NCBI RefSeq assembly: GCF_006345805.1
Contig: NC_043006.1
Coordinates: 97,154,001-97,218,000, forward strand
Length of the DNA stretch: 64,000 bases
Origin: Octopus sinensis
Taxonomy: Eukaryota
Direction of reading: 5' to 3'
Made by a program: the position numbers and the translations under genes
Shown: in pieces, positions 1-11,178 of the stretch
How positions within the stretch are numbered: the stretch's first letter is position 1
How the letters are laid out: every line of letters begins with the position of its first letter
The notes under the pieces: model-generated
What the model was told of the DNA's origin: nothing
Seen by the model: the letters and a program-made list of their open reading frames with translations, nothing else
Database searches by the model: none

Positions 1-345
1 CTATATATGTTATGTGCATTTAATTATTTTGAATGTATGATAAAGTCTTACTATAAAAGAGGGATTAGTGTTAGAGCTGGAGTCGGTGATTCCATAAATC
101 TAGATATCAGATACATAGGTTTCTACAGTCCTGAATCAAGGATAGGAGAAAAGAGCATTATTACTACATTAATAGGGTCTAGGACAGATGAAAGACAATG
201 CAGGCCTCACTAAGATCAGGATGCAAATGAATAAAACTGAAATAAAACTTTCCAACAATCTACTGCACTACTGCTTATAAAGCAATGACAGCAACAAGCT
301 TTCATATTGGCACTTGGTCACATATTGGCAGAGCAGGTGGTATCA

Positions 346-730
346 CTCTTTACTCTATTTTACTTGTTTTCAGTCATTTGACTGCGGCCATACTGGAGCA
401 CCGCCTTTAGTCGAGCAAATCGACTCCAGGACTTATTCTTTGTAAGCCCAGTACTTATTCTATCGGTCTCTTTTGCCGAACCGCTAAGTGACAGGGACGT
501 AAACACACCAGCATCGGTTGTCAAGCAATGCTAGGGGGACAAACACAGACACACATATATATATACATATATACGACAGGCTTCTTTCAGTTTCCGTCTA
601 CCAAATCCACACACAAGGCATTGGTCGGCCCGGGGCTATAGCAGAAGACACTTGCCCAAGATGCCACGCAGTGGGACTGAACCCGCAACCATGTGGTTGG
701 TTAGCAAGCTACTTACCGCACAGCCACTCA
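346..730 (-). mobile_element. tRNA-derived SINE family A (CORE-like, central (TA)n(TG)n)
   Basis: Head GGAGTGGCTGTGTGGTAAG..GGTTCAGTCCC (pol III A/B-box-like), CTTGGGCAAGTGTCTTCT core, GAAACAAGTAAAAGAG tail. Confidence 0.9.
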
Positions 731-1778
731 CTGACTGAGTTAACTTTAGTATATTGTCTGAGAATTTAGTGACATAGATTGAAGTTAACTAATGGCCCCA
801 CAACCACTCATTAACACACTCCAACAACTAACCCAGAGACAAGAGGTTTTTCTCACTGTTGTTGCTTCAGATATTACAGTGGCCATTGTTCTTTAAAACT
901 GGTTAATTCTGTGTTGACTCCCGTCAGCATGCTAGATACACACTTCTCTAATTTTTCTTTCTTACCCAGCTGCTTAAGAGGAAAATAAACCCTTCCACAT
1001 TATTCTGTCAAAACTGATGCTTTTTTGTTCATTGTTTTGAATTAATTATGCATTATTTCGTAGGTTTGAGATTTTAATGAGCTAACCTAATTTTTAGAAT
1101 AATGAAGGGTTGGTGCATGAGGCCAGGCCTGGTGAATTTGGACATAAATATTTTGGCCAGAAACAGCCAGTTTTAATGGTATCTATCTCACCATCTCCAA
1201 GGTGAGAGCAACAGGCACATCACTGACCTCCAAGCCAAACTATTTCGGCCAAAGACCCTTTAACATTTAAACCAGCCATCTCTGGCCCAAATAATCTGTC
1301 TTATGTTTAAACTCCCTAACTATAACTTGCATGTATTTCTTGCCTTCATAGCCATCATTGTTGTGAATGTCAATGCATACAAACAGTGTCCTTTGCTACG
1401 TTCCATGAAAATAAGCCTGGTCTTGAGGAAATATTACCTTAGTTGGAAACCGGTCAGGGTTGGCAAACAGGAAAGGTTTCTGACCCCAACAAATTACACC
1501 CAGCCCATGTCAGAGTGGACTGTGAAACAATTATTATGATATAAAAGGTACAAAAGAATTGGTTTCAATGAATGTCTGTAGAATGCAGAAACTAATATAA
1601 CATCGGTGAAAAAATGAGGAATCACCACCTCTGGAAGAGAGAAAGAAATCTAAAATTGAAAGGTTTTATTGCACCAGAAGAGCAATAACCAATGAAAGCA
1701 TACACCAGAGACCAACTATTACTGTAGAGCAGGGCTCTGCAACCTTTTTTTTTACACTTGCAATACACTTTCTCTTTT

Positions 1779-1990
1779 TTCTTTTACTCTTTTGCTTGTT
1801 TCAGTCATTTGACTGCGGCCATGCTGGAGCACTGCCTTAGGTCGAGCAAATCGACCCCGGGACTTATTCTTTGTAAGCCCAGTACTTATTCTATCGGTCT
1901 CTTTTTTGCCGAGCCGCTAAGTGACGGGGACGTAAACACACCAGCATCGGTTGTCAAGCAATGCTAGGGGGGACAAACACAGACACACAA

Positions 1991-2055
<65 letters not shown>

Positions 2056-2070
2056 TACGACAGGCTTCTT
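1779..2070 (-). mobile_element. SINE family A, 5'-truncated
   Basis: 3' half of the family only. Confidence 0.85.
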
Positions 2071-2291
2071 ACATACTTTTCAAAATTCAGCAGCAAACCT
2101 GAAATAAAGATATAGCCAAAAGTATAAGGGGAAAAAAATTAGATTCAGGTTACTGTGGCACACCTAGCATCAGCTCATGGCACACCAGAGTGCCGTGGCA
2201 TACCAGTTGCAGAGCACTGTTGTAGAGAACAATAAAACCAGATTATGTTAGCTTCTAAGAACAAGTTTAAAAGTATCAGGAGCTCAATTAA

Positions 2292-2905
2292 CCCTTTCAT
2301 TACCAACCCAGCTGAAACCGGCTCTGACTGAGTATGTCTTTCTCTTTTACTTGTTTCAGTCATTTGACTGCGGCCATGCTGGAGCACCGCCTTTAATCGA
2401 GCAACTCGACCCAGGGACTTATTCTTTTGTAAGCCCAGTACTTATTCTATTGGTCTCTTTTGCCGAACCGCTAAGTAACGGGGACATAAACACACCAGCA
2501 TCGGTTGTCAAACAATGCTAGGGGGGACAAACACAGACACACAAACACATACACACATATATATATATACAACAGGCTTCTTTCAGTTTCCGTCTACCAA
2601 ATCCACTCACAAGGCTTTGGTTGGCCCGAGGCTATAGTAGAAGACATTTGCCCAAGGTGCCACACAGTGGGACTGAACCCGGAACCATGTGGTCGGTAAA
2701 CAAGCTACTTACCACACAGCCACTCCTGTGCCTATGTCTTGTTTACATAAGTTTTGAATTAAAATCTTCCACCAAACCTTAGTCACAATTTATGTTCCTA
2801 ACACCAGCTTAATGATAACCAAGTTATTTTACTAAATTCTTTGTTATATTTAAAGTAATTGAAAGAAACACAAAGCATCTCAAAATAAATACAGTAACGA
2901 AAGGG
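2292..2905. mobile_element. piggyBac-like MITE family 1. Also 22874-23037 (partial), ~27858-28036, ~36808-37007
   Basis: TTAA on both sides (2288-2291, 2906-2909); CCCTTTC(A/G)TTAC...GTAACGAAAGGG terminal inverted repeats. Confidence 0.85.
2341..2732 (-). mobile_element. SINE family A, full length, nested in a MITE
   Basis: 8-bp TSD TATGTCTT at 2333-2340 and 2733-2740. Confidence 0.92.
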
Positions 2906-2942
2906 TTAATAATCAACACTTTTAGTACGTACATACATATGT

Positions 2943-2975
<33 letters not shown>

Positions 2976-3080
2976 GCTTCCTTTTCCTGAGCGCCTATTA
3001 ATAATAATACTGTAATTGTTCCATTGTTGTTGTTTTTTTGTTTCCCGTTTGGATTAAAAAAAAAATATATATATATATAT

Positions 3081-3359
3081 ATATATTAATAAAAAGAATT
3101 CCAACCTTGTCTGATTTTCACGTTTTATTTACAATCTTATAATGATATATTATAAGATAATATATTATAATTGAATAAAATAAAATGAAATAGTAGAATG
3201 TTAAATATTCATTCTGATTGAACTAGTACTTTCATGCATTGAATTCTGCAATCTTCGGGTTCATGTAGTAGTGTTGACAGTCATGCTTCACAATTTTTGA
3301 CTGTAGCAAGATGATTGATTCTGTGCTATAAATACAGCTGGGTAGGCTCCAGAGTGCTA
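3081..3359 (-). repeat. Penelope 3' pseudo-LTR (repeated part)
   Basis: Appears identical by eye to 7352-7630 (offset 4271). Confidence 0.95.
3219..3263 (-). ncRNA. Minimal type I hammerhead ribozyme (Penelope type), 3' copy
   Basis: Minus strand UGAAC-CCGAAGA-U UGCA gaauucaa UGCA U-GAAA-GUAC-UA-GUUCA: 5-bp stem I, core with a U4C variant, 4-bp stem II, palindromic AGUACU stem III, CUA cleavage triplet. Confidence 0.8.
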
Positions 3360-3440
3360 GGTTTTGCAAACTGTATTCTGACCAATCAGTGTGTAGTATC
3401 ACTCAATTACTTAAGCTGATTGGTTGGTTGAGCTGATTGG
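3327..3440 (-). promoter_or_regulatory. Putative Penelope promoter: three CCAAT boxes and a TATA-like TATTTATA
   Basis: CCAAT/ATTGG at 3382-3386, 3419-3423 and 3436-3440; TATTTATA (minus) at about 3327-3334, upstream of the hammerhead. Confidence 0.4.
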
Positions 3441-3763
3441 TTTAGGCATCACGCTTTGTTGGACATGTCAAGAGTCCTGTATCTTGACCCTGGCCGAAGC
3501 AGCAATTGTTGGGTTATTTTTAGAAATGTTGTAAATATCCTTTGTCAGAGATTTTTATATTTTTATATTTCAATTGTCATCATCATCATTGTCAGCACCT
3601 TAATTATTGTTGCTAGTGGTGATGGTGGTGGCAATAGAACTTTTAACCCTAAATAAGATAATTTTCCTGCTATCTTCGTCTTGATCACCTTTAGTATTGT
3701 TGTTGTTGTTAGTGGTCATGGTCGTAGCAGTGGAAGTAATACCTCTAAGTATTATTATTATTA

Positions 3764-6090
3764 TTATTGCTTATTTAGCTTGGGTTCGAATTTATCAATA
3801 AAATTCTTTTCTCTGATTTTCCTCTCGATTTCACTTGGGCTGTGTAATTTGTAGAATGGAAATATTATATATATTTTCCGACCACATGTTGCTAGGTGGT
3901 TACTCAAAGGTATCTGACGGACCTCTGGGTCTCTAATCTGTTGCCGGTGTACACGTGAGCGTTCTAATAGTGCGTTTCCCGTCTGACCTACATATATTTC
4001 TTCACAATTTGGGCATTTGATGCAGTAAATTAAATTTCTGCTTTTGCAGTTCATATTCGCGTTTGTGAATATTTTCCCGGTTTTTGTGTTTATATATTGA
4101 CCGGTATGTATGAATTGGCATGTGCCACATCGGCTATCATTGCATTTAGATACCGTGAATGTTTGGTCTTTGTTGCTGAGGTCAAATTTTGCCTTTGTTA
4201 GTAATGTTTTCAAGTTTTTAGGCTGTCTTTTACTAAGCACCATAGCTCGATCCGTGATTATGTCTTTTAATTCATTACTTTGGGCAATGATTGGTAGGTT
4301 TGCTTTGGCAATGTTGAAGATATTCTGGTGACATGGGTTGTGTGTCACTATGAATGGTATGACTTGTTCTTGTTTTCCTCTTCCTTGGGTTGTCCTAAGT
4401 TGTTGTATAGGTATTTTTATAGCCCGCTGTATGCCATTTTCTATAAGTAGAGATGGGTATTTTTGTTTGAGCAAAAATTCTCTTAGTTCTATTAGGCGTT
4501 TGTTCCTGATATTTGCATCTTCTACAATAGTACAAATTCTTCTGGCTAGGCAGTATGGGATGTTACGTTTTGTATGTGGTGGATGGCACGACTTAAAATT
4601 TAGGTATTGATGTGTGTCTGTGTGTTTATAGTATATATCTGTGGTGATGGTGGTGTCTTTTTTAATTACCATTATATCCAGGAATGGTAATTTGGTACTA
4701 CTCATCTCCTTTGTAAATTGGAGAGATGGGTGTAGGTTGTTCAGGAGGATATTGAACTCTTCCAGAGTATTTAGAGATTCTGTCCAGATTATGAAACAGT
4801 CGTCTAGGTATCTCTTCCATGCCTTTTCAATATACTTTCTAAACCCAGTGCCATAGTTTACCTCCACCTCTTGGTAGAGTTGTTCTTCTAAGTATCCCAT
4901 TACAGAGTTGGCGTAAACGGGAGCAAACCTCGTTCCCATCGCCGTGCCTCTAATTTGGATGTAATTCTTTCCATTGAAGAAGAATGTGTTATTTTCTAGA
5001 ATAAGCTTGACTGTGTCTAATATAAATGGCACTGTGAATCTGCTGGGAATCACTTCTCTATGTTTTTCTAACCAGTATTTAATCGCCTTTATTCCTAAAT
5101 CGTGTGGAATATTGGTGTAGAGGCTTACCACATCAAAACTTAGTAAAACTGAATTTGTTTCTGTTGTTTTGGAAGATGGGACAGGAAGTCGATGTCATCC
5201 CTGATGAAACTTGGTATGTAAGTACATAGTGGTTTCAAAACAATGTCAATAAAATTGCTTAGACGGTGTGTAGGGCATGCTGGACCAGCTATAATAGGTC
5301 TAAGTTTTAGGTCTTTTGGATGTAATAATTTTATGTACTCACTTTCTTGTTCTTTTACTGCCTGTTGAATGTTTTTTGATTTGTGTATTTTTGGTAAGCC
5401 GTAGAAGTTGCTGGGTTTTGGTTCAAAATTGGTGATGTAGTCTTTTTCATTATCCGTAAGTGAGTTGTGGTGTGTTGAAATCAGGTTGTTGATCTTTTTC
5501 ATGATGTGGTGGTCTATATTTGCGGGTATTTCACAATAGAAGGTTGTATCCTTCAGTTGGTCTTCAACCAAATCCTTATAGTATTCGGTATCCATAATAA
5601 CAATTGCACCACCTTTATCTGCTTGTTTAATTATTATTGTTTGATCGTTTTGTATACGTTTACATGCAGACATCTCTGATTTGCTAATGTTTGGCCTAAC
5701 ATTGGTATTGCGTCTAAGGGGAAATTTAGACAGGATATCAATGTATTGGTCAAGGTAGTTATTTCTTCCTTTTGGTGGGGTGAAATTTGATTTATTCCTT
5801 ACTAGGGATTCATCAATCTCATTACTTTTGTTAGCGAAGAATTCTACAAGTCGTAATTTTCGACAGAATTTTTGGATATCCTCCTTTAATTCTTGGTGGT
5901 TGGCTGTTGGTGTAGGTGTGAATTTCAGTCCTTTTGACAGAAGTTGGATTTCATCATTGTCAAAATCTCTTTTTGATAAATTAATTATTTTAGGATCTAT
6001 ACGTTCAGTTGTTTGGGGTATGTTTCCTCTTGGATTTTTTCTTTCTCCGGTGTTTGTTGTCCTGACGTAAAAAAATGGATTTTTTTCTGG
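3764..6090 (-). CDS. Penelope RT / GIY-YIG endonuclease polyprotein, with one frameshift near 5167-5170
   Basis: Open frame 6090-5140 (IINLS..LLSKGLKFTP, ADKGGAIV, FYGLPKIHK, LRPII). Adding one A to the CCAAAA run joins it to SFDVVSLYTNIP, GTAMGTRFAP, RYLDDCF, the linker CNDSRCGTC and NLIYCIKCPNCEEIYVGQT. Confidence 0.92.
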
Positions 6091-6097
6091 TTATGAT

Positions 6098-7285
6098 TTA
6101 TATTCCTGTTGATGTTTGCTTGATGAATTTTGCGTTTGGTTGTGGTACTTTACTTGGTTTCGTTATGTTTTCTGTCTTGTTTTTGGTATTATGTATGCTA
6201 CTTTTCAATTTCTTGTTAGCATTGTTTTTAACCACCTGGAGAAATGATTTGGGTTTACTTCTAGATCTAGATCGGTTTTTTGTCCAGTTTCTTGTGGGTA
6301 ATCTCTGTTGAGGTCTTGAAAATGATCTGTTATTTCTACTGCTAATGGTCTGTTCAAAACAATATCTATTTTGTTTGTGCTTTTTGTTCCTGTTGTGTGC
6401 ATTGGGGTGTTTGCATACAAAATGGGAAGAGTTCTTACCGTAGTTCGTCTTCGATTCGTGGTGAAACAGGTGTTCATGTTGCCACGTGTTCTGGTGTATG
6501 TTGCGTTGGTGAGGTTGTCCACTTTTAATGCTATTTCTCGGAGCTCTGTTGTCTTTACCGTAGTTTGTAGCATATTTGTCGAGAAATAATTGTTTCCGCT
6601 GCCAAAACTTTCTTGATCTGCTTTCTTCTTTTGAGATATCTCTGATCCATAGTTCTCGCATTTTTTCTGCTATATTGCCGGTCGTTAGTTTGGATATTTC
6701 ATCTCTGATTTGATCATCGATAGCTTCGTATTTGGCTTTGTAGCGGGATTGTTTAGACAGGGTAATGGAGATGTCGGTCCTGAATTTTATCAAACTAAGG
6801 TCCCATCGAAGTTTAGTTTCTTCCTCTGGTTCTCCTGCAATTTCTTTAATTAGGTACTTCCGAGGAAGTATGGGTGCCGCTAAAGATATCCATTTCGAAT
6901 GTATTTCAGCATATTTTTCGCATTTATATGCCTTCCAGAAGTTTTGTTTTCTTATGTTAAGGAGTTTTTTCCATGTCTTCTGTATCTCTTCTCTTTTTCG
7001 GTGTGCCTCTTTTTCCAGATTTCTTTCGTTTATTTCTGACATCCAAGGAGGTTGTGGTAGGCTTTCTCTTGTAGATTTTATAATTGTTGGTATCATTTCA
7101 GCTAAATTCTTAATTTCAGAGTTTATGTGTTCATTTCCAAGTTTTCCGTCTGTAGACTGTTTTTCTATTTCCTTTAAAATAGAGGATTGTGTGTCAATCA
7201 TCGTGATGAGTGTTGATAATTTCGATGAAATTTCCATTAGAATTCTTTCTGATTCTGTTAATTTTGTTTGTTGCTTTCCAGACAT
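6098..7285 (-). CDS. Upstream ORF1 of the Penelope element (~395 aa): helical/coiled-coil N-terminal half, basic R/S/K/N-rich C-terminal tail
   Basis: Uninterrupted ORF between the 5' pLTR and the RT frame; likely start MSGKQQ at 7285. No family recognised. Confidence 0.7.
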   Translation of the reverse strand: MSGKQQTKLTESERILMEISSKLSTLITMIDTQSSILKEIEKQSTDGKLGNEHINSEIKNLAEMIPTIIKSTRESLPQPPWMSEINERNLEKEAHRKREEIQKTWKKLLNIRKQNFWKAYKCEKYAEIHSKWISLAAPILPRKYLIKEIAGEPEEETKLRWDLSLIKFRTDISITLSKQSRYKAKYEAIDDQIRDEISKLTTGNIAEKMRELWIRDISKEESRSRKFWQRKQLFLDKYATNYGKDNRAPRNSIKSGQPHQRNIHQNTWQHEHLFHHESKTNYGKNSSHFVCKHPNAHNRNKKHKQNRYCFEQTISSRNNRSFSRPQQRLPTRNWTKNRSRSRSKPKSFLQVVKNNANKKLKSSIHNTKNKTENITKPSKVPQPNAKFIKQTSTGI

Positions 7286-7351
7286 GTTGGCATATACACA
7301 ATAGGAATATAGAATATATATATATGGGTGTGTGTGATTGTGTATAGAAGA

Positions 7352-7630
7352 ATATATTAATAAAAAGAATTCCAACCTTGTCTGATTTTCACGTTTTATT
7401 TACAATCTTATAATGATATATTATAAGATAATATATTATAATTGAATAAAATAAAATGAAATAGTAGAATGTTAAATATTCATTCTGATTGAACTAGTAC
7501 TTTCATGCATTGAATTCTGCAATCTTCGGGTTCATGTAGTAGTGTTGACAGTCATGCTTCACAATTTTTGACTGTAGCAAGATGATTGATTCTGTGCTAT
7601 AAATACAGCTGGGTAGGCTCCAGAGTGCTA
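7352..7630 (-). repeat. Penelope 5' pseudo-LTR (5'-truncated)
   Basis: Direct repeat of 3081-3359; ends abruptly in (TA)n at 7630. Confidence 0.95.
7490..7534 (-). ncRNA. Minimal type I hammerhead ribozyme (Penelope type), 5' copy
   Basis: Same sequence as 3219-3263. Confidence 0.8.
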
Positions 7631-8212
7631 TATATATATATATATATATATGTAGTAAGTGGTTATTTAGTCCTTTTTCTCTAACATTTTCATTTCCCAC
7701 TATCCCCATACTACCTACACCTTTACACACATGCTCCTTTCCAACCATTTTTGCCCCCAGAAACGCCTTTAACCTCTCAGCATTTACATTTCACAGCCTA
7801 ACATTCTAATAGTCAGTCTACAGTGTTCTTTTCTCACTCCAAAACATTAAATCTCTCTTCATTCTCACCTCATATAACATATTCCACTATTTTGAATTAT
7901 TTTATATTACCATAAATTTATCACAAGCAGAATAAATATATAAATAAAACAAAAAACTGATTAATCAAATCAGTATCTGTGAAATTGGAAATTTTAACGC
8001 ATTATATAACAATTTATATTTAGCAAGACGCTGTACATTTCTACCAGCTCAAACTCCACGACTCCAATTCCATAGCCCTGCAAGAAAGTGGAATTAAGTA
8101 TGTTCGAACACATCCAAATAATATAGGAAGCAAAACATTCATCTCTTCAAGATAACAGCAAAATTACAACCAGAAAATAGAAATATTGAAAGAGAAGATT
8201 TTTTTTTTTTAC

Positions 8213-8333
8213 CTCCTGACTTTGACATTAAGTCCTGTAATGCTGCTAACCTTGCAGTAGCTAAATCCACATCTTTAGAAGATTGCTCCATCTCAGAGAG
8301 GCAATTACGGAGTTTTGCATTAGCGCCTTTTAG
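8213..8333 (-). CDS. MIS12: MIS12 homolog, coding exon 5 (LKGANAKLRNCLSEMEQSSKDVDLATARLAALQDLMSKSG), coiled coil
   Basis: Acceptor tttttggtttcag, donor G|GTAAAA; 121 nt, phase 0 to 1. Heptad pattern as expected for the Mis12 C-terminal coiled coil. The final exon was not found. Confidence 0.82.
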
Positions 8334-9102
8334 CTGAAACCAAAAACAAAGTAAATATTTATAGATCTCTTGGGAGTAGCCACTCAGAAACATCATCATC
8401 ATTTAACATCATTTAACATTCATTGTTCATGCTGGCATGGGTTGGACGGTTTGAGCAAAGCTGGCAAGTTGCACCTGATTCTAGTTGGATTTGGCATGGT
8501 TTCTATGGCGGATGCCCTTCCCAACACCAATCATATATCCATAAAAATATACATGCATATAGGGGTCACTTTAGAGCCTTAGTCATGAAGTTACAAAAAA
8601 ATCTTCACTAGGGATAGTGACACAAGAAAAACCCCCATCCAGTACACTCTGTAGTGTAGAAGACACTTGCCCATGGGGTTGGAAAAAGAACTTCTCAACT
8701 GCACAGACATGCTTGTGGCTTATAAAGTGTAAACCAGGAATCATTATTAGAAGAGAAAAGCTGCAGAGTGATAAAAGCATATAATTTGGATTAAAGGAGT
8801 ATAACAGGAACACACACAAACACTGCAAAAATTTTCTGCATTCTTTCTTCAACGCTAAGTTGGAACTATTACAAAGTGGTGATATTAATAACGGGCATTA
8901 AAAGTTCTTCAATAGCATACCTCTAGGTGACTGAATTTCCAGTATGTTAGTGCAAATTTGCCTTTACACTGACCCTAACACCCACAAGTATACATACACC
9001 ATCCTTAAGTATATATTGAATACAAACCACTCTATACAGATACATTACAGAAACTATTCTACACACACACCACATAAAATCCAACTACATCGAATTCACT
9101 CC

Positions 9103-9191
9103 ACATTTATATATATATATATATATATATACATATACACATTATATATACACATTTATATATACACATTATATATATATAATATATACAC

Positions 9192-9227
<36 letters not shown>

Positions 9228-9359
9228 TTATATATATATATATACACATTTATATATATACATATACACATTTATATATATACATATACACATTTATATA
9301 TATATACATATACACATTTATATATATACACATTTATATTATATATATATATACACATT

Positions 9360-9393
<34 letters not shown>

Positions 9394-9451
9394 ATACATT
9401 TATATATATATATACATATACACATTTATATATATACATTTATATATATAT
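9103..9451. repeat. TATACACATT(TA)n minisatellite; further blocks at 11178-11635 and 13366-13520
   Basis: Seen directly in the sequence. Confidence 0.95.
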
Positions 9452-11178
9452 AAGATGTACCCAGTGTAAGCTATGGACACATAAGAGGTGCAGCAATGTC
9501 AAAGGTAGGCTAACTGGGAAGATAGTTTTTGTATGTGGCAGATGCTCGGGAGCATTAACCTCCGAAAATCTGCAGAAAACAACTTCCGTCACTTTCCAGG
9601 GGGAAAAACTAGAAGTAGTTGATAGCTTCCGTTATCTAGGTGACCAAGTCAGTAGTGGGGGTGGGTGCGCTGAAAGTGTAACTGCTAGAATAAGAATAGC
9701 CTGGGCAAAGTTTAGGGAGCTCTTACCTCTGCTGGTGACTAAAGGCCTCTCGCTCAGAGTAAAAGGCAGACTGTATGATGCGTGTGTACGAACAGCCATG
9801 CTACATGGCAGCGAAACATGGGCTGTGACTGCTGAGGACATGCGTAAGCTCGTGAGGAATGAAGCCAGTATGCTCCGATGGATGTGTAATGTCAGTGTAC
9901 ATACTCGACAGAGCGTTAGCACCTTGAGAGAAATGTTGTACCTAAGAAGCATCAGTTGTGGTGTGCAAGAGAGACGATTGCGCTGGTATGGTCATGTGGC
10001 GAGAATGGATGAAGATAGGTGTGTGAGAAAGTGCCAATCCCTAGCAGTTGAGGGAACCCGTGGAAGAGGTAGACCCAGGAAAACCTGGGACGAGGTGGTG
10101 AAGCACGACCTTCGAACTTTAGGCCTCACTGAGGAAATGACCAGAGACCGAGACCTTTGGAAATATTCTGTACGTGAGAAGACCAGGCAGGACAAGTGAG
10201 CCCAGCCCACTTATGAATGCCTTTCCTCCCTTGGACACAAAGACCGGTTGAGGCAAGCGAAGTCGATATAGAACCTCATCCGACGACAGACACCCATCCC
10301 AACCCCCCATGCTTGCGAAGACATGTTGGGGCAAGCGAAATCGAAATCGAAACCGAATTGAACCAGCCAGGATCCCTGGCCTGGTGGTACGTAAAAAGCA
10401 CTATCCGACTCGGGGCCGTGGCACGTAAAATACTCCAATGCGACCGTACGACAGGCACCCATGCCAACCCCCTTTGCTTGTGAAGACATGTTGGGGCAAG
10501 CGAAATCGAAATCGAATTGAACCAGCCAGGATCCCTGGTCTGGTGGTACGTAAAGCACTATCCGACTCGTGGCCGTGGCACGTAAAATACTCCAATGCGA
10601 CCGTACGACAGGCACCCTTGCCAATCCCCTTTGCTTGTGAAGACATGTTGGGGCAAGCGAAATCGAAATCGAATTGAACCAGCCAGTATCCCTGGTCTGG
10701 TGGTACGTAAAGCACTATCCGACTCGTGGCCGTGGCACGTAAAATACTCCAATGCGACCGTACGACAGGCACCCTTGCCAACCCCCTTTGCTTGTGAAGA
10801 CATGTTGGGGCAAGCGAAATTGAAATCGAATTGAACCACCAGGATCCCTGGTCTGGTGGTACGTAAAAAGCACTATCTGAATCGTGGCCGATGCCAGCAC
10901 CGCCTCGACTGGCTTCCGTGCCGGTGGCACATAAAATACGCCAATCTGACCGTGGCCGTTGCCAGCCCCGCCTGGCACCTGTGAAGGTGGCACGTAAAAA
11001 GCACCCACTACACTCACGGAGTGGTTGGCGTTAGGAAGGGCATCCAGCTGTAGAAACATTGCCAGATTAGACTGGAGCCTGGTGCAGCCTTCTGGCTTCC
11101 CAGAACCCCGGTCGAACCGTCCAACCCATGCTAGCATGGAGAACGGACGTTAAACGACGATGATGACGACGATGATGA
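9452..11178 (+). mobile_element. 5'-truncated RTE-clade LINE, copy 1
   Basis: Frame 9453-10199: [54 protein letters not shown]; tandem-repeat 3'UTR; (GAT/GAC)n tail. Confidence 0.92.
10285..10880 (+). repeat. ~157-bp tandem repeat (about 4 units) in the RTE 3'UTR; duplicate at ~12469-13068
   Basis: ACAGGCACCC recurs at 10451, 10608 and 10765. Confidence 0.9.

Larger units (their letters stand above)
3081..7630 (-). mobile_element. Penelope-like retroelement (Neptune type), near full length, with direct pseudo-LTRs
   Basis: RT plus C-terminal GIY-YIG endonuclease; 279-bp direct repeats at 3081-3359 and 7352-7630; (TA)n on both sides; hammerhead motif in each repeat. Confidence 0.95.

Noticed and set aside
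518-769. Recurrent short ORFs such as MSSNARGTNTDT...CPRCHAVGLNPEPCGW
   Set aside because: Readings of SINE family A copies, not genes.
1490-1631. Strong acceptor (tttctttctctcttccag) as the last MIS12 exon; also acceptors near 7976 and 8078
   Set aside because: Phase-1 translations (EVVIPHFF..., DTDLINQFF..., GLWNWSRGV*) show no convincing Mis12 C-terminal similarity; left unassigned.
4110-7304. Plus-strand ORFs of 70-180 aa over the Penelope element
   Set aside because: Antisense shadows of the minus-strand ORFs with no recognisable motifs.
8944-9453. 169-aa Y/I/H-rich ORF (and similar at 13338-13644)
   Set aside because: Translation of (TA)n minisatellite.
10474-10520. TGAAGA...CGAAA in the 157-bp unit as a hammerhead
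   Set aside because: No C3 and no stem II, I or III in the required geometry; it resembles a duplicated ORF end (GAGAAGACC..CAAG).
10285-10880. 157-bp (and 62-bp at 19493) arrays as CRISPR-like loci
   Set aside because: No unique spacers and no cas genes; the units are plain tandem copies inside a LINE 3'UTR in eukaryotic DNA.
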